Origin: a bacterium
Lineage (GTDB): Bacteria > Patescibacteriota > Microgenomatia > Daviesbacterales > UBA10151
DNA length: 27,387 bases
Direction of reading: 5' to 3'
Assembly (NCBI GenBank): GCA_021786105.1
Contig: JAJYNW010000009.1
Coordinates: forward strand, 1-27,387
The notes under the pieces are model-generated. The model had not been told where the DNA came from. It did not search any database and saw only the letters and a list, made by a program, of their open reading frames with translations. The position numbers were made by a program, and so were the translations under genes. Each line of letters starts with the position of its first letter. Position 1 is the stretch's first letter. Of the stretch, positions 7,531 through 18,401 are shown piece by piece.

Positions 7531-7604
7531 TACCGCGTACGGGAGTCGAACCCGTGATTTCTGGGATGAAAACCCAACGTCCTAGGCCACTAGACGAACG
7601 CGGC
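7531..7604 (-). tRNA. tRNA-Glu (TTC), CCA not encoded
   Basis: GCCGCGTTCGTCTAGTGGCCTAGGACGTTGGGTTTTCATCCCAGAAATCACGGGTTCGACTCCCGTACGCGGTA folds as a cloverleaf; anticodon TTC. Confidence 0.97.
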
Positions 7605-7614
7605 AAACCCTAAA

Positions 7615-7643
7615 ATTATACCGGAATTAGGCTCACTACTCAA
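7615..7643 (-). promoter_or_regulatory. Sigma70-type promoter of tRNA-Glu
   Basis: TTGAGT-N17-TATAAT, 10 nt upstream of the tRNA 5' end. Confidence 0.7.
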
Positions 7644-7660
7644 GACGAGCTTTCATTCAG

Positions 7661-7697
7661 CCCATAGTTTGATTTTCTACTCCAAATGTGATATATT
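7661..7697 (+). promoter_or_regulatory. Promoter with CCCATAGT motif abutting -35
   Basis: CCCATAGT-TTGATT-N17-TATATT-N7-ATG. Confidence 0.6.
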
Positions 7698-7704
7698 ATA
7701 AGAT

Positions 7705-7992
7705 ATGTTCGAAGGCAGACAAGAATTAGATCAGGAACAATATATTAACCGTTTCCGAGAGGCTCCTTATGGAGAAGCTTTAGAAATGCCTTTATCCACT
7801 CTTACGCCTACCCAAACCCCCGATGGACAATACTCTTTATCCAAGGGTGCTATCCAGGCTTGTTACGACAAAAGCAGTATCTTAGTTGTACACGGGAATC
7901 ATCGGTATTTTGATGCACTTAGTACAGTAGGTTCTGAAAAGCAAGCACTTATTTTAACTGAGAAGGTTAAAAATCCATACCTCGATTATTAA
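7705..7992 (+). CDS. Small hypothetical protein, possible ParB/Srx-like fold
   Basis: LSTLTPTQ...ILVVHGNHRY resembles the ParB-N 'DGxHR' motif. Confidence 0.65.
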   Translation: MFEGRQELDQEQYINRFREAPYGEALEMPLSTLTPTQTPDGQYSLSKGAIQACYDKSSILVVHGNHRYFDALSTVGSEKQALILTEKVKNPYLDY

Positions 7993-8056
7993 ATACTAAT
8001 TTATTACCTGGCGAAGCAAGCAAACCTAATGAATTATTTGGAAGCAGGCTTCTTTT

Positions 8057-8554
8057 TCAAGGCTGACGGCATTTCAATGGACGAAAGGTTGCAGTCGAAG
8101 CTATAGTAGGCTCTGTCCAATCAGCATTTACTTTATCTAAACTTACCCAATCTATCTCTTCAGGGCTCGAATCCGATTCATTTGTCCCATACTCATTATG
8201 AATTCCATTAGAAGATACTCTTGCTAACTCCCGCAACCGACCGCCATTAGGATACCTTCCACTACCTCTAACGTGATGATCCTTTTTTAAGGTAATTCTT
8301 CCATCTACGCTAATCCTTTCCCAATAACCTTCTTCCACCTCAGCACAAATCCTTCTCCTGGGGTCTTGAACAAATTTTATAGTTTGTCTTTGCAATTCCG
8401 GCAAACGTACTACACCATTCCCGGAACCATTGGAAGCAGTCTCCTCTAACCCACAGGGGTCAATTATGCCATCAACAACACCTTTTTCTAAACGAACATC
8501 CGGCGTTACGGGGTACGAAACAAGCTGCGCTTTAAAACTTTCAATCTCTAGCAT
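8057..8554 (-). CDS. Hypothetical protein
   Basis: 165-aa ORF filling the gap; TTGACA-N17-TAATAC promoter-like sequence upstream. Confidence 0.65.
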   Translation of the reverse strand: MLEIESFKAQLVSYPVTPDVRLEKGVVDGIIDPCGLEETASNGSGNGVVRLPELQRQTIKFVQDPRRRICAEVEEGYWERISVDGRITLKKDHHVRGSGRYPNGGRLRELARVSSNGIHNEYGTNESDSSPEEIDWVSLDKVNADWTEPTIASTATFRPLKCRQP

Positions 8555-8592
8555 AATAGAGTATTACTATAAACCCTTATACCTGTCAATAC

Positions 8593-8997
8593 TTAGTTAA
8601 TAAACCCATGACTCTTCAACCAGGGGAAAATAGTTCTTTGAGCAATTACTGAAAGATTCTTTTTATCTGAATTGGTATCAAAATAGCCTACTTCCACCAC
8701 CTCTGAGGAAGGTTTTGGAGTACCAACTAATTTCCCTTCATACATCCTGATACGGACCAGAGTATCTTCCTTCCCGTGCGCCACATCCTCAAATTCCGTC
8801 AAGAACTTCAGGGAACTCTCATCAATATCACAATCAATCTCTTCCTTAACTTCCCTTTCTAATGCTTCAGTATCCGACTCCCCTTCTTCCGGTTTTCCGC
8901 CAAGAGTATAGAAAACATCCGGCTGTTTGCCGGACCTGACTTGCAGCATTTTCTTATCTTTAAACACTGCCAAAGCCACTTTTTGGATAATTTTCAT
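8593..8997 (-). CDS. NUDIX hydrolase
   Basis: GGKPEEGESDTEALEREVKEEI Nudix box. Confidence 0.92.
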   Translation of the reverse strand: MKIIQKVALAVFKDKKMLQVRSGKQPDVFYTLGGKPEEGESDTEALEREVKEEIDCDIDESSLKFLTEFEDVAHGKEDTLVRIRMYEGKLVGTPKPSSEVVEVGYFDTNSDKKNLSVIAQRTIFPWLKSHGFIN

Positions 8998-9026
8998 AAA
9001 AGTAAGTATATGCTATACTTTTCGGG

Positions 9027-9929
9027 ATGACTACACAAGCGGAATCCCCTCAGCTAATCACCTCTGCCAAATTAGGCATTATTGGTTACGGTATTGTGGG
9101 TCAGGCTTTAGCTTATGGATTTTCCCAACCAGACGTCAAAGACAAATACGAAATCAAATACTATGACAAATACAAAGATACCGCCTCTTTGGAAGAAGTA
9201 GTTTCTGGTTCTGAATTCATTTTCATCTGCCTCCCCACCCCCATGAAAGAAGATGAATCAGGTATCGATCTTTCCATCATTAAGGAAATGGTCAAGGAAA
9301 TTACCAAATACACCGATAACACTGACAAAATCATTGTGATTAAATCAACCGTCGTCCCGGGCACCACTGCTTCTCTGGAGACAAAACACCCAAAAAGCAA
9401 TTTTGCCATGAACCCGGAATTTTTAACTGAGGCAAATTATCTAGAGGATTTCCTCAATGCTGACCGAACTATCATTGGGGCAAACAATGATTTAACTTCC
9501 CGGAGACTGGTGGCTTTATACCGCCAAAGGTTTCCGCACATGAAGATTTTTCAAACCGATTCCACCACAGCTGAAATGGTTAAATATATGGCTAATTCAT
9601 TCCTGGCCACCAAAGTGATTTTTGCCAATGAGATGTTTGCTTTATGCCAGGCTTTAGGCATTAAATATGAAGAAGTTAAAAACATGGTGGTAGCAGACAA
9701 GAGAATCTTTGATTCGCATATGGACGTCACCACAGCCAGAGGGTTTGGGGGGAAGTGTTTTCCTAAAGATGTGGTGGCTTTAATCGGCCGGGCTAAGGAT
9801 TTAGGCGTTGAGCCAAAACTATTAGAAACTACCTGGTCAATAAACAAAAAGATCCGGCAAGTCCGCGACTGGGAAGAAATCCCTTTTGCCGTGACGAGCG
9901 CAGCGAGTCATCCTGAGCGAACGAAGTGA
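9027..9929 (+). CDS. UDP-glucose/GDP-mannose dehydrogenase family protein (short form lacking C-terminal domain)
   Basis: GIIGYGIVG, CLPTP, IKSTV, NPEFL, GFGGKCFPKD. Confidence 0.92.
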   Translation: MTTQAESPQLITSAKLGIIGYGIVGQALAYGFSQPDVKDKYEIKYYDKYKDTASLEEVVSGSEFIFICLPTPMKEDESGIDLSIIKEMVKEITKYTDNTDKIIVIKSTVVPGTTASLETKHPKSNFAMNPEFLTEANYLEDFLNADRTIIGANNDLTSRRLVALYRQRFPHMKIFQTDSTTAEMVKYMANSFLATKVIFANEMFALCQALGIKYEEVKNMVVADKRIFDSHMDVTTARGFGGKCFPKDVVALIGRAKDLGVEPKLLETTWSINKKIRQVRDWEEIPFAVTSAASHPERTK

Positions 9930-9942
9930 GTCGAAGGATCTC
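9907..9942 (+). repeat. Solo REP-like palindrome (GTCAT...GATCTC)
   Basis: GTCATCCTGAGCGAACGAAGTGAGTCGAAGGATCTC; same family as the repeats flanking the GIY-YIG gene; lies between convergent genes. Confidence 0.7.
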
Positions 9943-10300
9943 AGGAGGTTATATTTTTTATTAATTCGATTTTTGGTTCCTTAGGATTTTCAACAAAATC
10001 AACTCCCACAAAATCTAATCTGTATTCTTTATCGCCCCAATTAATTTTTTGGGTATAAAACTTAGCAGTTTTTAAAAGGGCCTTAATTTTCCAAGGAGTC
10101 ATGGATTCTACCGGTAAGCCATAATCGTGAGACCAGCGTGTTTTCACCTCTACAAAAACTAAAGTATTCCCTTCTCTGGCCACAATATCAATTTCCCCGC
10201 CCCTGATCCGATAATTCCTTTCCAATATTTTATAACCCTGTTTTTTAAGATGTTCACAGGCCAAATTCTCACCCTGGTTACCGATTGTTAGAGTAGACAT
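9941..10300 (-). CDS. yraN: YraN (UPF0102) family endonuclease
   Basis: G..GE..A...L...GY.ILERN....GEIDIVA...LVFVEVKTR; ATG at 10300 overlaps the upstream TAA. Confidence 0.92.
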   Translation of the reverse strand: MSTLTIGNQGENLACEHLKKQGYKILERNYRIRGGEIDIVAREGNTLVFVEVKTRWSHDYGLPVESMTPWKIKALLKTAKFYTQKINWGDKEYRLDFVGVDFVENPKEPKIELIKNITS

Positions 10301-10761
10301 TAATTGTTCGTGGAGGAGACCCAAAAATTACCATTAGTAAACCTTCCTAATAAAATTTGCGCCAACTTATCCGGATCTCCGGAGAAACTGCCTTCCTCAT
10401 TATTTCCCATGGGAAAAACCCAATTATTATCTCTCATTTCTTTTATTTCCAAAAGTAAAGACCGATCTGTAGGATATTCAGGATTCTCAAAATAAAGGCA
10501 TTCTTGTCCTGCTGTAGACTCTGCAGACTTCTTACTAATACCGGGTGCACAAATAAAGGAAATTACTCCATTCATACTGATTTTACTAAACCTAGGCAGC
10601 TTCCAATTTAAAGATTCAAGCATATCTATAAGTTTTGGATTAAAACTATCCATTCGCCCTTGGCTCCTTAAAGATGACAAATATAAAACAGTATTAGCAA
10701 TTCCGCAATCTCCGTCTATATTAAAAGCGCAATTTGATGCACACTTATTTTCAATACCCAT
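10300..10761 (-). CDS. Cys-containing hypothetical protein inserted between rnhB and yraN
   Basis: 153-aa ORF, own promoter TTGCAT-N17-TAAAAT, TAATG overlap with yraN. Confidence 0.75.
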   Translation of the reverse strand: MGIENKCASNCAFNIDGDCGIANTVLYLSSLRSQGRMDSFNPKLIDMLESLNWKLPRFSKISMNGVISFICAPGISKKSAESTAGQECLYFENPEYPTDRSLLLEIKEMRDNNWVFPMGNNEEGSFSGDPDKLAQILLGRFTNGNFWVSSTNN

Positions 10762-10816
10762 ATATAATAAAAAAGATTTTAATACAACCGGGCAATAAAT
10801 GCAAGTTGCTATAGGC

Positions 10817-11434
10817 TTAAATTAAAAATCTTTGTAGGTCAAAGGATTTTCGGTGAATCCTGGCTAAGCCATACTTTTTAATTGCTTCCTGGTGCTGCTT
10901 AGTTCCGTAACCCTTGTGTTTGGCAAAACCATATTGAGGGTATTTTTGGTGCAGTTTTTTCATTAACTTATCACGGTAAACTTTGGCAATAATTGAAGCA
11001 GCAGACACGGAAGCGCAAATCTTATCCCCGTCTTTAACCGGCTTTTGCCTTTTCCTATTAAGGTGATTGACATAAAAAGCATCTATCAAAACAAAATCAG
11101 CTTTCTTGGGAAGAAGCTTTAGAGCCTTTCTAAAAGCCATCTGGGTAGCCTTGCCGATGCCAACCTTATTAATCGCAGTCACGCTAATTTCCGCAATCGA
11201 CCAGACTAGAGCTTGCTCTTTAATCAGCTCCGCCAGTTTTTCCCTTTGCCTGGGTTTTAAAAGTTTTGAATCAGCAATTCCTTCTGGTAATACAATATCT
11301 TGGGGAAACACCACCGCACCTACCACAACCGGCCCGGCAAAACAGCCTCTGCCAACTTCATCAAGACCACAAATGTGAGTATAACCGGAATTCCAAAGTT
11401 TTCTCTCAATATCGAGAGTAGGAGTAATCATCAA
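10817..11434 (-). CDS. rnhB: Ribonuclease HII
   Basis: [31 protein letters not shown]. Confidence 0.96.
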   Translation of the reverse strand: MMITPTLDIERKLWNSGYTHICGLDEVGRGCFAGPVVVGAVVFPQDIVLPEGIADSKLLKPRQREKLAELIKEQALVWSIAEISVTAINKVGIGKATQMAFRKALKLLPKKADFVLIDAFYVNHLNRKRQKPVKDGDKICASVSAASIIAKVYRDKLMKKLHQKYPQYGFAKHKGYGTKQHQEAIKKYGLARIHRKSFDLQRFLI

Positions 11435-11745
11435 ACTCTAACAGCGCTTTTACCAACCAAATCTCTTAAATAATATAATTTTGATCTTCTGATTTTTCCG
11501 ACCTTTTTCTTAACCTCCACCTTAACGATGGCTCTGGCATCCAGCGGCCAGGTTCTCTCCACACCAACTCCGCCAGCCCCGATTTTCCGAACAGTAAAGG
11601 TTTGGTTTTCACCGCGGCCTCGCAGCCGGATTAAAATCCCTTCAAAAACCTGAATACGGGTTTTGGCGCCTTCCACCACTCTGCTGTGGACTCTAACCGT
11701 ATCTCCGACATGTATATCTTGTTCACCAATTTTTGCTGAAATCAT
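11431..11745 (-). CDS. rplS: 50S ribosomal protein L19
   Basis: [38 protein letters not shown]. Confidence 0.97.
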   Translation of the reverse strand: MISAKIGEQDIHVGDTVRVHSRVVEGAKTRIQVFEGILIRLRGRGENQTFTVRKIGAGGVGVERTWPLDARAIVKVEVKKKVGKIRRSKLYYLRDLVGKSAVRV

Positions 11746-11803
11746 TAGGAAATATTAACATAAATCAAGCTCAATATTCAAGAAGATGCTCGTAGTGGAC
11801 ATG

Positions 11804-14800
11804 TTAGACTATTTTAACAGACCCTTCACCCAGGATTTGATCAATTTCCTGAGCCAAAGAAGAATCAGGATTAACGGAAAACGGCAAGTTCATCCTTCTT
11901 TCCTCATTACCGCTGTGCAAAAGCAAAACTACCGGCATACTGCCCGGAAACTTCCTTAAAGTCCGGTTAATATTTTGCAGCACTGTCACACCGGTGCCGG
12001 CCGACACATAAATTTCCACTGAAGAATCGTATTGCGGCATATCATCAACTACGTTTTCCGGGTCAAATAAATTAATTTTCTCCACAATTACTGACAATTC
12101 TTCCTCCCTTTTTTCTACCCTTCCCGCAATTAAGACCACATTATCAGGAATCAAAAATTCTTTGCAGGTTTCATAAGTTTTCGGAAATACCACCATCTCC
12201 AAAGAAGAAACATTATCAGAAATCTTAATAAAAGCCATTTCCGCGGCAGTTCTTTTGGTTAAAACCTTCTTCACCGAAGATATTACTCCGCCTATTTTTA
12301 AGCTCTTCCCGATGTGCTCATCACCTAACTCAGATAACTTTGTTGAAACATATCTAGTTAATTTTTGTAAAGTCGCTAAATACGGCGGCTCATGCAGATA
12401 AAAGCCCAGCAGATCTTTTTCAAATACCAGCAGTTGCTCCAGAGGCATCTCGGCAACCTCGGGCAGCTTAATTTCTATTTTCCCTAAATCCTCTTCACCG
12501 TCAAACAAGGATACTTGGCCGGACAGCCTATTTTTATTTTGTTTGTGAGACTCCTCAAGACATTGATCCAAAATCAGGAGTTGAGCAGCCCGATTACCCA
12601 AGTGATCCAAAGCTCCGGCCTTAATTAAGCTCTCCAAGGTTTTCCTATTTACCAACCGGTTATCAACCCGGGAACAAAGATCAGCCAATGACACAAATTC
12701 ACCATCTTTTCTGGCCGAGATTATTGATTCAATAGCCCCAATTCCAACATTCTTAATGGCAGACATTCCAAACCGGATACCCTGATTTAACCGGATATCG
12801 AAGTTATTAGTTAATTGCCTTTCCAGCTCCTCTTTACTTAATTCTTTAAGCTTCTCCAGCGTAAAACCAACCTTGGATTTATTCACATCCGGCGGCAAAA
12901 CTACTATTCCCAGACGCTTACACTCCTCAATCGCCGCGGCAATTTTATCCGCATCCCCTGATTCAGCCGTCATCACTGCCGCCATAAACTCCACCGGAAA
13001 ATTGGCTTTCATGTAAGCTGTTTGATAAGCAACCATAGCGTATGACGCAGCGTGCGCTTTATTAAAACCATAGGCAGCAAAGGGAGCAATCATGCCAAAC
13101 AACTCTTCGGCTTTTTCTTTTTTCATACCGTTTTTAATACATCCTTCGATAAACTTACCTTTTTGCTTAGCCATCTCCAACGGGTTTTTCTTACCCATGG
13201 CTTTCCTAAACTTATCCGCCTCTTCCCAGGAGTATCCGGCAATATTAATGGCAGTCAAAAGCACGTCATCTTGATAAACCAATAACCCGCGGGAAGCTTC
13301 TGTATAATCCTTCATTCGGGGATCAAAAAATTTCACCTTTTTGGGGTTATGTTTTCTGGCAATATATTCCGGGATCACCGCCATCGGGCCGGGACGGTAT
13401 AAAGCCACCATGGCCTGGATATCAAAAATGCTGGCTGGTTTTAGCTCTGTCACATACCTGGTCATTCCCGAACCCTCAAGCTGGAATATTCCCATGGTTT
13501 CCCCTTTGGCCAACAGCTCAAAGGCTTTTTTGTCATCAAGCGGAATTCTATTTAAATCAACGCTTATTCTTCTATTTTCTTTAACAAACTCCACAGCTTT
13601 ACCAAGAATCGACAAATTCCTGATACCCAAAAGATCCATTTTGACCAAACCAATTCCTCCGTATTCATCTGCCAAAGAGAACATGTCATATTGCGAGACC
13701 AATTTGTCTCCCTTAGATTCTCTTTGTAGGGGGGCAAAATTAGTAATATCCTCAGGGGCAATAACAATGCCGGCTGCATGCACCGAAGCATGACGGACTG
13801 TACCTTCAATTTTGACAGCCAAATCCAATAATTTCTTAACCTGGGGATCATTTTTATATAAAGCTGACAACTCCGGAACCTCTTTAATACTGGTCCCTAA
13901 AGGTTTGTGAAACCCCTGAAAGGGCGGCGGCACCAGTTTGGCAATCCTATCCACCTCTCCGTAAGACAAACCCATTACCCGGCCCACGTCCCGAATTGCC
14001 GCCCGGCCCATCATGGTTCCATAAGTGACAATGTGGGCCACCTTATCCTCACCATATTTATCAATCACATATTTAATCACTTCATCCCTCCTATCATCAG
14101 CAATATCCGCATCAATATCAGGCAGAGACGGCCGGTAAATCGTCAAAAACCTCTCAAAAGGCAGCAGATAATCAAGCGGGTTTAAATTAGTTACCCCTAG
14201 GCAATACAAAACCAATGAAGCTGCGGCCGAACCCCGGGTATTGGTGATAATCCCCCTTTCGTGAGCCCATTCCATAAAATCGGAAACCACCAGAAAATAA
14301 TCAGCATAGTTTTTCTTCTCAATTACCCCCAGTTCGTATTCCAATCTTTCTTTGGCTTTCTCGATCATCTCAAATTTGTCTTTTGCTCTTTCATAAGTTA
14401 ACTCCCTTAGGTACTCCATGGAAGATTTACCCGGCGGGGTATCAAAAATAGGAAAGTGGGCTACCCCTAAAGTAATCTGCAAATCCACCATATCGGCAAT
14501 TTTGACAGTATTTTCTACGGCCTCCGGCAAGTCGCTAAAATCTTCTAGCATTTGCTCTGGGGATTTTAGGAAATAATCAGGAGTATCAATCATTCGAAGC
14601 CTCTTGGTTTCCGAAAGGAGTTTACCCATTTGCACGCACAGCAGGGCATCTTGCGCTTCGGCATCTTCTTTTTTGACATAATGACAATCATTGGTGGCCA
14701 CAACCGGAACACTCAATCTGGGGGACATCTCTTTAATTACCTGGATAGTTTGGTTTTGGATATCTAAAAGCTCCTGCATGTCTTTTTTAACCGCCTCGTC

Positions 14801-15364
14801 TGTAGCTGCTTCCAATGATTGCTGGTAGGGATGTTTTTGCGCCTCCAGAAAAAAATTACCTTCACCAAAAATCTCCTGGTAGTTCTTAATCACCTCTTCT
14901 GCCTTTTTCATATCCTTACTATTAAAAGACCTGATAAATTCCCCGGCCGGACAGCCTGATAAAGCAATCAAACCCTCATGGAATTCTTTCAGAAGTGCCT
15001 TATCTACCCGGGGCCGGTAATAGTAACCGTCTCTGTGAGCAATAGTAACCAGTTTCATTAAATTCAAATATCCCTGATAATTTTTAGCCAAAACTGTTAA
15101 ATGGTATGGCTCAGAATCAACTTTTCCTTCTTTATCTTTGTGAGATCTTTTGGCCACATACATCTCTACCCCGATAATCGGCTTTACTCCGGCCTCTTTA
15201 CAGGCTTTATAAAATTCTATTGCCCCATACATCACCCCGTGATCAGTAATACCAACCGCCTCCATGCCTAAATTCTTGGCGGTTTTAACCATCTCTGGGA
15301 TTTTAGATAACCCATCAAGCAGGGAATATTGGGTATGGTTGTGCAGGTGGACAAATTTAGGCAT
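11804..15364 (-). CDS. dnaE: DNA polymerase III alpha subunit
   Basis: PHP HLHNHTQYSLLDG, RGSAA, PDIDAD, YGFNKAHA, OB-fold. Confidence 0.98.
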   Translation of the reverse strand: MPKFVHLHNHTQYSLLDGLSKIPEMVKTAKNLGMEAVGITDHGVMYGAIEFYKACKEAGVKPIIGVEMYVAKRSHKDKEGKVDSEPYHLTVLAKNYQGYLNLMKLVTIAHRDGYYYRPRVDKALLKEFHEGLIALSGCPAGEFIRSFNSKDMKKAEEVIKNYQEIFGEGNFFLEAQKHPYQQSLEAATDEAVKKDMQELLDIQNQTIQVIKEMSPRLSVPVVATNDCHYVKKEDAEAQDALLCVQMGKLLSETKRLRMIDTPDYFLKSPEQMLEDFSDLPEAVENTVKIADMVDLQITLGVAHFPIFDTPPGKSSMEYLRELTYERAKDKFEMIEKAKERLEYELGVIEKKNYADYFLVVSDFMEWAHERGIITNTRGSAAASLVLYCLGVTNLNPLDYLLPFERFLTIYRPSLPDIDADIADDRRDEVIKYVIDKYGEDKVAHIVTYGTMMGRAAIRDVGRVMGLSYGEVDRIAKLVPPPFQGFHKPLGTSIKEVPELSALYKNDPQVKKLLDLAVKIEGTVRHASVHAAGIVIAPEDITNFAPLQRESKGDKLVSQYDMFSLADEYGGIGLVKMDLLGIRNLSILGKAVEFVKENRRISVDLNRIPLDDKKAFELLAKGETMGIFQLEGSGMTRYVTELKPASIFDIQAMVALYRPGPMAVIPEYIARKHNPKKVKFFDPRMKDYTEASRGLLVYQDDVLLTAINIAGYSWEEADKFRKAMGKKNPLEMAKQKGKFIEGCIKNGMKKEKAEELFGMIAPFAAYGFNKAHAASYAMVAYQTAYMKANFPVEFMAAVMTAESGDADKIAAAIEECKRLGIVVLPPDVNKSKVGFTLEKLKELSKEELERQLTNNFDIRLNQGIRFGMSAIKNVGIGAIESIISARKDGEFVSLADLCSRVDNRLVNRKTLESLIKAGALDHLGNRAAQLLILDQCLEESHKQNKNRLSGQVSLFDGEEDLGKIEIKLPEVAEMPLEQLLVFEKDLLGFYLHEPPYLATLQKLTRYVSTKLSELGDEHIGKSLKIGGVISSVKKVLTKRTAAEMAFIKISDNVSSLEMVVFPKTYETCKEFLIPDNVVLIAGRVEKREEELSVIVEKINLFDPENVVDDMPQYDSSVEIYVSAGTGVTVLQNINRTLRKFPGSMPVVLLLHSGNEERRMNLPFSVNPDSSLAQEIDQILGEGSVKIV

Positions 15365-15419
15365 AGGTAATAACTTGGATATTCTACCAGGCTAATGGGT
15401 GACTATTTCAAGAGGCAAA

Positions 15420-16742
15420 TCAGCCTTTAAGAAGCTTTTCCAATATTGGTTTTAATTTAGCACTATCTGCCTTACCTTTAGATAGCTTCATCACACCGCC
15501 TATTAACACCTGTAACGCTGCTTCCTTGCCCGATTTATAATCAGCCACTGCCTTAGGATTTTCACTAATTGATTGCTCAGCCAGTTTCTCAAGTTCTCCT
15601 TCATCTGCTACTATTCCCACTTTTTTACCTTTTATTTCTTCTATTATTTGTGTAGGCAAAATTTCCTCTATATTTATTTTTTTGTTAATAATATGGTTGG
15701 CAATTTGAACTGCCTCCACTCCATGCTCTTTACCATGTTTAACAGCTTGCTCAAAATAATTGGCCAACTCTTTTGACTCTGAGAGTATTTTTGCCTGAGC
15801 TTCTGTCAATTTATACTCTCTGACAAATCTCTTCTGCTTATCCCATGGCAACTCAGACAAGCTTTCTCTAATTTTTCCAACCTCATCCGGCTTTATTTGC
15901 AGTTCCGGCAGGTCCGGTTCGGGAAAATAGCGGTAATCGTGAGCCTCTTCTTTGCTCCTTTGTAAAAATGTACACTTTTTGTCATCATTCCAGCCCCGGG
16001 TTTCCTGTGATATTTTTCCCCCCTTTTCCAATGCGGCAATTTGGCGTTTAATTTCATATTCGATCGCCGCCACCATAAACCTAAATGAATTAATATTCTT
16101 TAACTCAACTCTGTAATTTGGCAATTCTGTCTGGCCGACAGGACGAACCGAAACATTTGCTTCCAGTCTCATGTCACCGCGCTCCATATCAGCATTAGAA
16201 ACTCCTAAATAACGGAAAATCTGCTGCAGTTTTTTGGCGTAATCCCGGACCGATTCTACATCCTTAAAATCCGGTTCAGTCACTATCTCCACCAATGGTA
16301 CTCCTGACCGGTTAAAATCAATCAACGTCTCATTACCCCGATGAGTCAGCTTACCAGTATCCTCTTCCTGATGTGCCCTATTAATTCTAATTGTGACTTC
16401 CTGTCCACTATTGTCTGTAACCTGTAACCTACCCCCTACACAAAGCGGCCATCTATATTGGGAAATCTGGTAACCTTTGGGTAAATCAGGATAAAAATAA
16501 TTTTTTCTCTCAAATCTGGAAACTTCAGAAATAGAACAATTTAAAGCCAAACCAATTTTGATACAATCCTCAATTGCTTCCTTATTAATATATGGCAAAG
16601 CTCCTGGCAATCCCAAACAAACCGGGCAAGTGTGAGTATTCGGTTCCTTGCCAAAATAATCAGCACTGCACTTACAAAACATTTTGCTTTTGGTATTCAG
16701 TTCAACATGGACTTCCAGGCCCATCACTGGCTCATAATTCAT
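15420..16742 (-). CDS. gatB: Asp/Glu-tRNA amidotransferase subunit B
   Basis: [35 protein letters not shown]; ATG at 16742 overlaps the gatA stop (ATGA). Confidence 0.97.
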   Translation of the reverse strand: MNYEPVMGLEVHVELNTKSKMFCKCSADYFGKEPNTHTCPVCLGLPGALPYINKEAIEDCIKIGLALNCSISEVSRFERKNYFYPDLPKGYQISQYRWPLCVGGRLQVTDNSGQEVTIRINRAHQEEDTGKLTHRGNETLIDFNRSGVPLVEIVTEPDFKDVESVRDYAKKLQQIFRYLGVSNADMERGDMRLEANVSVRPVGQTELPNYRVELKNINSFRFMVAAIEYEIKRQIAALEKGGKISQETRGWNDDKKCTFLQRSKEEAHDYRYFPEPDLPELQIKPDEVGKIRESLSELPWDKQKRFVREYKLTEAQAKILSESKELANYFEQAVKHGKEHGVEAVQIANHIINKKINIEEILPTQIIEEIKGKKVGIVADEGELEKLAEQSISENPKAVADYKSGKEAALQVLIGGVMKLSKGKADSAKLKPILEKLLKG

Positions 16743-18094
16743 AGCTTTGGTTTTTCCTTTCTCCAATTAGTTGCTTGTTCATATACTTCTCCGACATTTA
16801 ATATTGTTTCTTCATCCATATACTTTCCCAAAATTTGTAGACCCACCGGGAGATTATCTGAGAAACCGCAAGGAATAGAAATCCCGGGAATACCAGCTAT
16901 GCTGGCAGGCACAGTATAAACATCTGCCAAATACATAGTCAGCGGATCAGTCACTTTTTCTCCTAAATTCCAGGCCACTGTTGGAGATACCGGCCCTACA
17001 ACCACATCACACTTTTCAAAAACTCTCTCAAAATCTTGCTTTATCAAAGTCCTTACCTTAGCAGCCTTGGCATAATAATCATCATAATAACCGGAAGACA
17101 AGGCGAATGTACCCAACATAATTCTTCGCTTAACCTCGGGTCCAAACAAATCTCTTGTACCGCCATATCTGATCCCGTCATACCGGGCATAATTGGAAGA
17201 AATCTCAGAAGTGATTAAAACATAATATGCGGCAATACCATATTCTGTATGAGGCAGATTAACTTCCACCACTTCAGCCCCTAATTCTTCTAATTTTTTT
17301 ATTGCTTCTTTAACTACTTTCTCTACCCCTGCATCTAATCCCTTCCCAAAATATTCCTTCGGCACCCCAACTTTTAATCCTTTAATTTCAGCTTTCAACC
17401 TTCCAGGTTGCAGCGTAAACTTTTCTTTCCTACAATTTGAGTCATAATTATCCTCACCTGAAATCCAGTCTAATACTAATCCTGCATCTTCAACAGATTT
17501 AGTCATTGGTCCAATTTGATCAAAAGATGAAGCCATGGCAATTGTTCCGTAGCGGGAAACCCGGCCATAGCTCGGTTTTAAACCCACGATTCCACAAAGG
17601 GAGGCCGGCTGTCTTATTGAGCCACCGGTATCTGTTCCCAAAGCAAAGGTACAAAGGTCAGCTAATACAGCTGCTGCTGATCCACTGGATGAACCGCCCG
17701 GGACTTTATTTAAATCCCAGGGGTTTTTGGTGGGACCAAATGCCGAATTTTCTCCGGATGAACCCATGGTAAATTCATCACAATTAGCTTTTCCAATCAC
17801 ACTAACCCCTTGTTCCGACAACTTATCAATAACAGTAGCATTATATGGGGGAATAAAATTACTCAATATTTTGGATCCTGCTGTGGTTTTTGTTCCTTTG
17901 GTCAAAATACAGTCTTTAATTGCCGCAGGAATACCGCGAGATTTTTTTTGAATTTCTAAAAAAATATTCAGCTTTGGATTTAGGGTATCTATTTTACTCA
18001 AATAAGCCTGGTTTAATTCCTCTTCCGAAAATTCTTTTCTTTTTAAAGCCTCTATTGTTTCTGTTAATGTCAATTTTGTGATATTGTTTGTCAT
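16739..18094 (-). CDS. gatA: Asp/Glu-tRNA amidotransferase subunit A
   Basis: Amidase signature [31 protein letters not shown]. Confidence 0.97.
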   Translation of the reverse strand: MTNNITKLTLTETIEALKRKEFSEEELNQAYLSKIDTLNPKLNIFLEIQKKSRGIPAAIKDCILTKGTKTTAGSKILSNFIPPYNATVIDKLSEQGVSVIGKANCDEFTMGSSGENSAFGPTKNPWDLNKVPGGSSSGSAAAVLADLCTFALGTDTGGSIRQPASLCGIVGLKPSYGRVSRYGTIAMASSFDQIGPMTKSVEDAGLVLDWISGEDNYDSNCRKEKFTLQPGRLKAEIKGLKVGVPKEYFGKGLDAGVEKVVKEAIKKLEELGAEVVEVNLPHTEYGIAAYYVLITSEISSNYARYDGIRYGGTRDLFGPEVKRRIMLGTFALSSGYYDDYYAKAAKVRTLIKQDFERVFEKCDVVVGPVSPTVAWNLGEKVTDPLTMYLADVYTVPASIAGIPGISIPCGFSDNLPVGLQILGKYMDEETILNVGEVYEQATNWRKEKPKL

Positions 18095-18122
18095 GTTGAG
18101 CGCCAGCGAAACATCTCTAGAT
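18090..18122 (+). repeat. REP-like repeat, left flank of GIY-YIG gene
   Basis: GTCATGTTGAGCGCCAGCGAAACATCTCTAGAT. Confidence 0.75.
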
Positions 18123-18401
18123 TAAACTTTCTGCTAAATCTTTAGTTTCTGGGTTTATTGTTTTAATTAGATCAATCTTCTTTTGCCTATTCCAACCTTT
18201 TAATTTCTTTTCCATAATGATCGCATCTTCAATTTTGTTAAATTCCTCAAAATACATTAGCCTATCTATATTATATTTACTAGTAAACCCTGGTGTTAAT
18301 TTGTTCTTATGTTCGCTAATCCTCCTTTCTAAATTATCTGTTACTCCTATATATAATGTTCCTGTCTTACTTGCCAAAATATATACAAAATAGCTTTTCA
18401 A
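18117..18401 (-). CDS. GIY-YIG nuclease family protein (YhbQ-like)
   Basis: YFVYIL...LYIGVT.NLERR..EH...FTSKY...EKKLKGW.R.KK..LI...NP. Confidence 0.92.
   Translation of the reverse strand: MKSYFVYILASKTGTLYIGVTDNLERRISEHKNKLTPGFTSKYNIDRLMYFEEFNKIEDAIIMEKKLKGWNRQKKIDLIKTINPETKDLAESLI

Noticed and set aside
11804-15364. Intein or split in dnaE
   Set aside because: Length (1186 aa) and motif order are normal; no intein motifs were seen.
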